In this document: in pieces, positions 26,294 to 32,692 of the stretch | Numbering within the stretch: the first letter of the stretch is position 1 | Layout: each line of letters starts with the position of its first letter | Origin: Thermoplasmatota archaeon | Lineage (GTDB): Archaea > Thermoplasmatota > Penumbrarchaeia > Penumbrarchaeales > Penumbrarchaeaceae | Assembly: GCA_965234725.1 (NCBI GenBank) | Contig: CBDDUX010000073.1 | Span: 1 to 32,692, forward strand | Direction: 5' to 3' | DNA: 32,692 nt | The notes under the pieces: model-generated | Databases searched by the model: none | What the model was told of the DNA's origin: nothing | Seen by the model: only the letters and a program-made list of their open reading frames with translations | Program-made: the position numbers and the translations under genes

Positions 26294-26937
26294 GTGATCT
26301 TCAATTCTACCATATCCCCGTCCCTTAGTGAAAGTTCCTTTCTCAATTTCAGATCCGATACGATCTCCAGGGTGCTTACATGAAGGGTCCTGTTCGGGAC
26401 CATGATCAATCCACCCACGCCGTTTACACTACAAGGATAGCATAGACAAGATCCGAAACTCCTTTCTCCGGACCTGAATCCTTTCACCTCTATCCCTGGA
26501 CCTCTCCTTAGAAGGTCTACCAGGGGAGAATCATTCTGAGAAAGCAATACATTGAGTGTTCCAGGAAATGGTTTCAGGGAGAATAACTGTTCAAGCTGTT
26601 GGATGTAACCGGATTGGGAGAGATAGTAAGCCCCTTCTCCAAGACCAGTGTTTATTGTTCCATTGACACAGATCTCCCTTTTCTCCTGAAAAAGGCCCTT
26701 TACTTCTTGAAAAAGCCCAAGAAGAGAATCCATACCCTCATTTGTGATCCTGATGCTGGAACCTGTCTTCTTCTGGGTCCTGTCTATCAGTCCCCTTTGC
26801 TCCAATCTCCTTAGATAGATGGAAGCTGACTGCTGACTTGTGTTCAGGAGCTCACCCATCTTGCTTGTGGTCAAGGTGACATACCTTTCCATTGCACCCA
26901 GACGGGCAAGCTTCAGGAGAAGCATCCTATCATCCAT
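26269..26937 (-). CDS. ribK: HTH-fused CTP-dependent riboflavin kinase (RibK/RbkR)
   Basis: N-terminal wHTH (TSQQSAS..LRRLE), GLGEGAYY, PFPGTLNV, R.FG, P.RT.H, LR..L.L.DGD. Confidence 0.93.
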   Translation of the reverse strand: MDDRMLLLKLARLGAMERYVTLTTSKMGELLNTSQQSASIYLRRLEQRGLIDRTQKKTGSSIRITNEGMDSLLGLFQEVKGLFQEKREICVNGTINTGLGEGAYYLSQSGYIQQLEQLFSLKPFPGTLNVLLSQNDSPLVDLLRRGPGIEVKGFRSGERSFGSCLCYPCSVNGVGGLIMVPNRTLHVSTLEIVSDLKLRKELSLRDGDMVELKITYPSGSGP

Positions 26938-27523
26938 TCTTATCACCATTTTGAACAGGTATGACACTGGCTGCCATATGGGAGATCCTCAGGGGTTCAG
27001 GTGTACGTCCCAATCTTGTCGTTTTTTTCACTATCCAGTCTGCATGTTGATCGGATATCCCATGGGACCTGATATAACAAGGCCCATCTCTTAGTTCCAA
27101 CTTCCGTGGTTTCCATCTCCTGATCAGTTCCAATCTTTTTCCCCAATCTTCAAAATTCTCTCTAAGAGCTTTCTCTATCGATGGGTCGTTGGGTTCTTCA
27201 TCGGAACAGGTGATGACTGGCACATTGCACCTTTCATTTAGGTACTCAAGGTCCAAGACATTGAACCCACCAAGACAGGCCCCATCAGATAGTATGGCCC
27301 TTACCTGCTCCGAGAACCTGGACTCCTTCAATGTATTGGATATGACCTCTGATGCATCCCAACCGTCCGTGGATATTTGGGAGCTGAGGAACCCTTCAAT
27401 GTATCCATCCATCCTCATTATCGTAATGAAGATCGGAGTTCTTTCAGATCCCCTGAGATGGGGTCCATCGTCCACGCCAGCAATCCTGGCCTGTTCCTTA
27501 AGAGGCCATCCGGACATTTCCAT
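26930..27523 (-). CDS. DUF99 / endonuclease dU family protein
   Basis: RIAGVDDGP, DG.DA, DGACLGGFNVLD, PEPLRISH. Confidence 0.9.
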   Translation of the reverse strand: MEMSGWPLKEQARIAGVDDGPHLRGSERTPIFITIMRMDGYIEGFLSSQISTDGWDASEVISNTLKESRFSEQVRAILSDGACLGGFNVLDLEYLNERCNVPVITCSDEEPNDPSIEKALRENFEDWGKRLELIRRWKPRKLELRDGPCYIRSHGISDQHADWIVKKTTRLGRTPEPLRISHMAASVIPVQNGDKNG

Positions 27524-27526
27524 TCC

Positions 27527-27895
27527 TCATAAAAGCGGTAGTGAACCTGTGACCTTGTTCACTTCAGGAGAAGGACCTGGTCCAATTCCGAGACATGTTA
27601 CTGTGCCTGGATCCACTTCGGTCATGCCGGCATCCTGGATAAGGGAGGTTTCAAGCTTCAAAGACTCTGCCATTGATTTGAGTTCATATAGGTCTTCGAG
27701 AGAGCCCCCTTTAAGAACCACTTTTTTCTGTCCCTCTCGATACCATTCCTTGAACCATCTATCGTTATTCTTCTTGCAGGAGAAAGCACAATTGACAGCA
27801 GCATGGGCTACCTGAACAGCCATTTTTCCAGGCGACATCTTGATATCGGTCCTCAGTGCCACAACCAGTTTATTCTTGAACTCCTCTTTTGCCAT
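27527..27895 (-). CDS. pth2: Peptidyl-tRNA hydrolase 2
   Basis: KMSPGKMAVQVAHA, GQKKVVLK, IQDAGMTE, T.TCLGIGP. Confidence 0.97.
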   Translation of the reverse strand: MAKEEFKNKLVVALRTDIKMSPGKMAVQVAHAAVNCAFSCKKNNDRWFKEWYREGQKKVVLKGGSLEDLYELKSMAESLKLETSLIQDAGMTEVDPGTVTCLGIGPGPSPEVNKVTGSLPLL

Positions 27896-28191
27896 CACTT
27901 TTCACCCCATAGCGGGTCCAGTTCCTTCTTTCTCCACCCCTCTCCTTTCTTTTTCGCAATATCCCAATCAATATCTTTGACCGCTCTAAGGACCCTCCCA
28001 TCGATCTTGAAGTTTGAAAGGGGTGTTTTGTAGAATTCTCCCTTATCCTTGATCACTACATGGTCAGCTTCGATCCCGATGGTCTCCCCTTTGAGAACAC
28101 CGTTCTGATCATGGACAAAAAGGGATAGATATTCGTCCTTCGGGTCATCCAATACCATTTTCTTAGGCTTTCTGGACCTGCCCCTCGCCAT
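27895..28191 (-). CDS. Conserved archaeal hypothetical protein (small beta-barrel, possibly DUF5749-like)
   Basis: FVHDQNG...GETIGI....VVIK....F...PL...D...A...GE.WR pattern. Translationally coupled to pth2 (TGATG). The family name is from memory. Confidence 0.7.
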   Translation of the reverse strand: MARGRSRKPKKMVLDDPKDEYLSLFVHDQNGVLKGETIGIEADHVVIKDKGEFYKTPLSNFKIDGRVLRAVKDIDWDIAKKKGEGWRKKELDPLWGEK

Positions 28192-28227
28192 GTGGGTGGA
28201 GTGATATATCGGTTAAAAACCGTTTCC

Positions 28228-28728
28228 TCATTCCACCTTTCTTATGTAGACGGGAGAGGGGAGCTTCTGAGAGGCCTTTCTGAGTGCGATCTTTGCATGT
28301 TCTTCCATTTGAAGTGGGGCATGGATCGTCATGACCTCCTGTCCGGCCTTCACTCTTGCCGCAGTGCCAATGTTCTTGCCGAATGAACTCCTCATACCCT
28401 GAGAAACCCTATCTGCTCCCGCACCTGTGGCCTGTTTATTCTCACGGAGGATCTGGTGCGGATATACCCTTACTATCAATCTGTAGTTCTGGGCACCAGC
28501 CTTTTTCGAAATGTATTTGTTGGCAGCTATACGTGCGGCCTCAAGGGCTGTGTGCCTTATCTGACACTGCTCTTTCACAACCAGATTGTAGGTAGTTTTG
28601 AAAATGAGGTTCCTGTTACCGCTCACGAACTGCTGTATCCTCGGAACGGGTATTCCACCGGTGTATTCCTTCCTGGTGAATGCCTGCCCCCTGATCTGGC
28701 GGTACATCCTGTTTGGTTTCCTTGCCAT
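28228..28728 (-). CDS. rpl10e: 50S ribosomal protein L10e (uL16)
   Basis: MARKPNRMY, QIRHTALEAARIAANK, YPHQILRENKQATGAGADRVSQGMR.SFGK. Confidence 0.97.
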   Translation of the reverse strand: MARKPNRMYRQIRGQAFTRKEYTGGIPVPRIQQFVSGNRNLIFKTTYNLVVKEQCQIRHTALEAARIAANKYISKKAGAQNYRLIVRVYPHQILRENKQATGAGADRVSQGMRSSFGKNIGTAARVKAGQEVMTIHAPLQMEEHAKIALRKASQKLPSPVYIRKVE

Positions 28729-28912
28729 TACTTTCACCTTCATCTGATTGTGAGGGCTCTGCCTCGGTGCCGCCCACTAAGAAAGAGGTCATATTTAAGT
28801 GTAGTCCCCTGGGCAAATATCCCAATAGTCTCTGATCGATCTGGACACACAGGGCGATTAAGCAAGGATGAGGTCCATCGCGTTTAAATAGATAATGGAT
28901 ATCTGTAAAAAC

Positions 28913-29473
28913 ATGGAAACTATCGCAGGACTCAGACCTAAGACATTGTTCATAACCAGCGGTATCGGCAGACACAGGGAGAAGCTTGCCAGTTTTGAAC
29001 TTGCCCTCAGGGATGCTGGGATCGAGATGTTCAATCTTGTCAATGTCTCTTCCATCTATCCGCCAGGTGCTGTCATAATCGAGAGGGAGAAGGGTCTGGA
29101 TAAGCTCGAACCAGGCCAGATAGTCTTCTGTGTGATGGCAAAGGCCCAATCGAACGAGCCTGGCAGAAGAATAGCAGCCTCGATCGGACTGGCCATACCA
29201 CAGAATGTTGGGATGTATGGGTATCTTTCTGAGCATCATTCCTATGGTCAGATGGCCAAGGATGCAGGGGACTATGCAGAGGACCTTGCTGCTGAGATGC
29301 TGGCTTCCACTCTGGGCATCTCTTTCGACATAGATTCTGATTATGATGAAAAGAGGGATATCTTCAGAATGGATGGTAGGATAGTCAACACCAGGAACAC
29401 AACATCCTATACACAGGTAGATGATAAGGGACGCTGGACCACATCTGTGGCTGCAGCGGTCTTCATACCTTGA
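28913..29473 (+). CDS. pdaD: Pyruvoyl-dependent arginine decarboxylase
   Basis: LASFELALRDAGI..FNLV.VSSI.PP (Ser-Ser self-cleavage site), YGYLSEHH, AEDLAA.MLASTLG. Confidence 0.95.
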   Translation: METIAGLRPKTLFITSGIGRHREKLASFELALRDAGIEMFNLVNVSSIYPPGAVIIEREKGLDKLEPGQIVFCVMAKAQSNEPGRRIAASIGLAIPQNVGMYGYLSEHHSYGQMAKDAGDYAEDLAAEMLASTLGISFDIDSDYDEKRDIFRMDGRIVNTRNTTSYTQVDDKGRWTTSVAAAVFIP

Positions 29474-29484
29474 AGGTGTTTCAA

Positions 29485-30549
29485 ATGGAACGGTCAAAAC
29501 CGACCCGGGAAGAGCTGCTTAAGACCCCGATAACCATGATAGACCTCCATGAAAAGAGGTCCCTGGCAGAATTGGTGGAACAATTTTCAAATACATCCTT
29601 TCAAGCCAGAAAGCTGGCCGACTGCGTCAATATCTATCGAAGGATGACAGATGATGATGGAACCCATACGATATTCATGGGACTTGCCGGGTCCGTGATC
29701 GCGGCTGGTCTGAGAACAGTTGTGAAGGATATGATCGAGCTGGGACTGGTGGATGTCATTTGCACAACCGGAGCGGTAGTCTACCAGGACTATTACCAGT
29801 CTAAGGGATACAAGCATTACAAGGGAGCGGTGGAATCTGATGATGTTCTTCTCCACGAGTACATGATCGATCGTATCTATGATACCTATGTGGATGAGGA
29901 TAAGTTCAGGGAGACGGATGTATCGATCGGCAGGCTCCTTGAATCCCTTGGAGGTGGGAGATATTCCACTCGTGAGTTCCTATCGATCCTTGGAGAGAGA
30001 TGCAAGGATGATCAGGGTTCCATACTTGGTGCGGCATTCAGGGAGAATGTTCCTATTTATTGTCCTGCTATCGCGGATTCCTCCATTGGGATCGGATTGT
30101 CCACCTCCTACAAGCGTCAGCGGGATGCTGGAGTCCCGGAGAAGGATATCTTCGTTCTTGACACGATCAGAGATAACTACGAGATTGCACAGATGATGCA
30201 TTCTTCCAAAGCGACCGGGGCGGTTTACCTCGGTGGTGGCGTTCCTAAGAACTACATAAACGATGCCGTTGTCATGGCAGATATGATATTCGGTGACCAG
30301 GCAGGCCACGAATATGCGATCCAGGTGACCATGGACCGACCTGATTGGGGTGGTCTATCCGGGTCCACACTGGGTGAGGCCCAATCCTGGGGAAAGATCG
30401 ACGCCGAAGCGACACATCAAACCGTCCACATCGAACTTTCAGTAGCTCTCCCCCTTATAGCCGGAGCATTGATGGAGGGGAGGAACTGGAGGAAAAGAAA
30501 GGGGGCCAGGTTTACCTGGGAAGGGGACCGATTGGTAGACATCCAGTGA
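29485..30549 (+). CDS. dys: Deoxyhypusine synthase-like protein (DHS/homospermidine synthase fold)
   Basis: SFQARKL, TTGA, DRIYD, PIYCPAIADSSIG, GGGVPKN, GGLSGSTLGEAQSWGK (catalytic Lys present). Confidence 0.88.
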   Translation: MERSKPTREELLKTPITMIDLHEKRSLAELVEQFSNTSFQARKLADCVNIYRRMTDDDGTHTIFMGLAGSVIAAGLRTVVKDMIELGLVDVICTTGAVVYQDYYQSKGYKHYKGAVESDDVLLHEYMIDRIYDTYVDEDKFRETDVSIGRLLESLGGGRYSTREFLSILGERCKDDQGSILGAAFRENVPIYCPAIADSSIGIGLSTSYKRQRDAGVPEKDIFVLDTIRDNYEIAQMMHSSKATGAVYLGGGVPKNYINDAVVMADMIFGDQAGHEYAIQVTMDRPDWGGLSGSTLGEAQSWGKIDAEATHQTVHIELSVALPLIAGALMEGRNWRKRKGARFTWEGDRLVDIQ

Positions 30550-30621
30550 TCCAGACCATTCTCCTCCAAGGGGATAATCATTATAAAGGAGTAGTAGTTT
30601 AACCCCCTCCCCTATGCTACC

Positions 30622-30631
30622 TATTTAAATA
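30622..30631 (+). promoter_or_regulatory. Putative TATA box of the rpoE1 operon
   Basis: TATTTAAATA about 55 nt upstream of the ATG; SD GAGGTGG. Confidence 0.55.
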
Positions 30632-30684
30632 CAGGTAGTATATCCCGCCGTGGGAGAACCCCTATCCGACAGAGGTGGAAACCA

Positions 30685-31281
30685 ATGTACAAGATGATCA
30701 AGCGCGAGGATGTCATCCGCATTCCCCCTCACTACCTGGGAAAGGACCTGGATATAGTGTCGGACTACCTGACCAGGAGGAACTTCGAGGGAAGAATGGA
30801 CAATCTAAACCGCCTGGTGATAGAGGCTACCGATGTCCAGATGATGGGAGATGGAAGGATCGTCCACGGCGATGGGGCGATATTCCAGAGAGTTTCCTTC
30901 AAGGCTCTTGTTTTCCAACCTCTACTCCACGAGGTGGTGGAGGGTAATATCGTTGAGATCCTGAAATTCGGGGCATTTGTGAGGTTCGGCCCACTGGACG
31001 GACTTGTTCACATATCTCAGGTCATGGACGACCACATTGATGTGGACCTGGGTAACATGAGACTTGTTGGAAAGGAGACCAAGAGGGATCTCAGGGTTGG
31101 TGATAGGGTCAGAGCCCGTATCGTTTCCATGTCCATGAACGAGAGGTCCCCCAGAGAATCCAGGATCGGTCTGACAATGAGGCAGGCAGGTCTTGGCAAG
31201 GTCGATTGGTTGGACGAGGAATACAGGGAGCGCCATCATGTTCCTGAAGAGGATGCTCCCGCCAAGAAAAAGAAGAAGTGA
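30685..31281 (+). CDS. rpoE1: DNA-directed RNA polymerase subunit E' (Rpo7)
   Basis: D.IRIPP, G.IVHGDGA, S1 domain FGAFVRFGPLDGLVHISQ, IGLTMRQ.GLGK. Confidence 0.97.
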   Translation: MYKMIKREDVIRIPPHYLGKDLDIVSDYLTRRNFEGRMDNLNRLVIEATDVQMMGDGRIVHGDGAIFQRVSFKALVFQPLLHEVVEGNIVEILKFGAFVRFGPLDGLVHISQVMDDHIDVDLGNMRLVGKETKRDLRVGDRVRARIVSMSMNERSPRESRIGLTMRQAGLGKVDWLDEEYRERHHVPEEDAPAKKKKK

Positions 31282-31286
31282 TCCCC

Positions 31287-31463
31287 ATGCTAGCGTGCAA
31301 GAAATGTATGTTCCTTACAGACCAGGACAAATGTCCTCTCTGCGACGGAGATCTGTCCAAGGAATGGCAGGGGATGATAGTAATCCTTGATTGGGAATCC
31401 TCCGAGGTGGCTGCCCATATGGGGATACGGGCCAATGGAAAATATGCCCTTAAGGTAAGGTGA
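31287..31463 (+). CDS. spt4: Transcription elongation factor Spt4 (RpoE'')
   Basis: ACKKC...CPLC...LSKEWQG..VILD...SEVA...G.YALKVR. Confidence 0.95.
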   Translation: MLACKKCMFLTDQDKCPLCDGDLSKEWQGMIVILDWESSEVAAHMGIRANGKYALKVR

Positions 31464-31471
31464 AGATCTGG

Positions 31472-31990
31472 ATGATGTTCAAGCTCACGGACCATCTTCG
31501 GATGGTCCTCAAGGACCCATTAGGCGATCTTGTAGCCAATGAGGAAAGGACCAGGTCCAATCTTAATGATCTGGTAACCTCTCCACTGGTCCTTGTGGGC
31601 GATGTTACAGCTTCCATCATGACCAGTATGGGTTATGATGCATCGATTATCCTTGTTGACAATCATACGAAGAGGGGAAAGGAGATTCCCCCGCTCACGG
31701 TCAAGCCTTCAAGGACCGTTAATATCAAGAATCCTGCAGGATTGATCGGAGAGGAGCTCTTCCAGGCCATGGAGGAGGCTGTCAGGTCAATAGAGACGGA
31801 GGATCTGGATGGCCCCATTCTTATGGAGGTCGATGGAGAGGAGGACCTTTCCACATTGATAGCGATCAAATTATTGCCCGATGGTTCCACTGTGGTCTAC
31901 GGTCAGCCCGAAGAAGGGTTGGTAGTGGTCAAGGTGGAAAGCTCGATAAAAGAGAGAGTAGAGGATATGCTCCGGGAAATGGAGGTATGA
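31472..31990 (+). CDS. GTP-dependent dephospho-CoA kinase (DUF359)
   Basis: LKDPLG, VGDVT, VD.HTKRG, NPAG.I, VDGEEDL, YGQP.EG.V. Confidence 0.93.
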   Translation: MMFKLTDHLRMVLKDPLGDLVANEERTRSNLNDLVTSPLVLVGDVTASIMTSMGYDASIILVDNHTKRGKEIPPLTVKPSRTVNIKNPAGLIGEELFQAMEEAVRSIETEDLDGPILMEVDGEEDLSTLIAIKLLPDGSTVVYGQPEEGLVVVKVESSIKERVEDMLREMEV

Positions 31991-31994
31991 TCCG

Positions 31995-32303
31995 ATGGAG
32001 ATAGAAGTTACAGAAAAGCACGATAACCTTCTTCTGGAAAGGACCGAGGTAAGGTTGATAGTAAAACACCCGAAAGAGGCCACACCCAAGAGGAAGGAGG
32101 TCAGGGACGCGATCGTTGAGACACTGGATGTGAAGAAAGGTGTCCTGGTGATCGATTCCATGGAACCGGAATTCGGTAAGAATCAAACCCAAATATTCCT
32201 CAAGGTCTATGCCAATGTCGAAAAGGCCAGAGCTATTGAGAACGACCATATACTGAAAAGGAACGGTCTCTTCGAGGAAAAGAAGAAAGCCGAGGGGTCA
32301 TGA
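31995..32303 (+). CDS. rps24e: 30S ribosomal protein S24e
   Basis: NLLLERTEV...H....TP.R.EV, FGK, KVY, ILKRN. Confidence 0.95.
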   Translation: MEIEVTEKHDNLLLERTEVRLIVKHPKEATPKRKEVRDAIVETLDVKKGVLVIDSMEPEFGKNQTQIFLKVYANVEKARAIENDHILKRNGLFEEKKKAEGS

Positions 32304-32312
32304 GGTGATATC

Positions 32313-32465
32313 ATGAGGAACAACGAGCTATATGACATAAAGGGAGACAAGCTCGAAAGGAAGAGGAAGTTCTGTCCAAAATGCGAGGGTGCTTTTCTGG
32401 CCCAGCACAATGACAGGTTCCACTGCGGAAAATGCGGGTATACCGAGCTCCTGAAGAAGGAATGA
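32313..32465 (+). CDS. rps27ae: 30S ribosomal protein S27ae (eS31)
   Basis: Translated by hand: MRNNELYDIKGDKLERKRKFCPKCEGAFLAQHNDRFHCGKCGYTELLKKE. SD GAGGTGA. Confidence 0.96.
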   Translation: MRNNELYDIKGDKLERKRKFCPKCEGAFLAQHNDRFHCGKCGYTELLKKE

Positions 32466-32676
32466 TCGAACAGATACATTTCCAAATTATCATTTGAATT
32501 CCCTATATTCACGGCCCTTCATGGGGTCCATCTGGATCACTTATGTTTTCTCTTATACCGTAGGTCCTTTTCGATCTATCATCGATGAAAAATTAATGGT
32601 AATTTTTTTATTATGATATAAAGGAAGGTAATGAGGATCGTAAACCTCTCCTTTTCTGATCCTCGATAGGATAAAG

Positions 32677-32692
32677 CGGGCCTGAGGGGATT
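32677..32692 (-). tRNA. 3' end of a tRNA gene (partial; Arg- or Lys-like acceptor stem)
   Basis: The minus strand reads AAT-CCCCT-CAGGCCC-G, i.e. end of T-loop, 3' T-stem, 3' acceptor strand and discriminator G. Truncated by the window edge, so the anticodon is not visible. Confidence 0.6.

Noticed and set aside
28616..29497. 293-aa ORF antisense to pdaD
   Set aside because: It shadows a strongly conserved gene, overlaps rpl10e out of frame, and has no recognisable motifs.
1..32692. CRISPR arrays, transposases, integrases, defence systems, Sec/Pyl recoding, inteins
   Set aside because: No repeat-spacer periodicity or relevant motifs were seen. Apart from glk, the recognised genes are uninterrupted and of ordinary length, including rfcL.

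Overview
Archaeal chromosomal segment. It is Euryarchaeota-type and probably Thermoplasmatota-like, inferred from gene content and protein style, not from a search. Left half (accessory): a trehalose cluster (fused T6P synthase/phosphatase, TreT, and a ROK glucokinase whose 3' end is replaced by a hairpin-rich foreign-looking sequence); a membrane-anchored subtilase with neighbouring surface proteins; two orphan PAS histidine kinases; a co-oriented Lrp-bcp-copA-YHS-tfoX copper/oxidative-stress run; and a PRC-barrel + winged-helix pair. Right half (core): rfcL; two tandem paralogous uncharacterised type-I membrane proteins; the proteasome/RNase P superoperon (rnp2-psmA-SBDS-rpl37ae-rpoP-pcc1-pfdB-DHH), from which the exosome genes rrp4/41/42 are cleanly missing; rpl10e-hyp-pth2-DUF99-ribK; pdaD plus a deoxyhypusine synthase-like gene; rpoE1-spt4-DPCK-rps24e-rps27ae; and the 3' end of a tRNA at the window edge. 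No CRISPR array, transposase or prophage was seen. The best leads are the paralogous membrane-protein pair, a 12-bp motif shared at equal spacing upstream of copA and bcp, the exosome gap, the PRC-barrel/wHTH pair and the pdaD-DHS operon. All calls come from motif recognition by eye; no searches were run.
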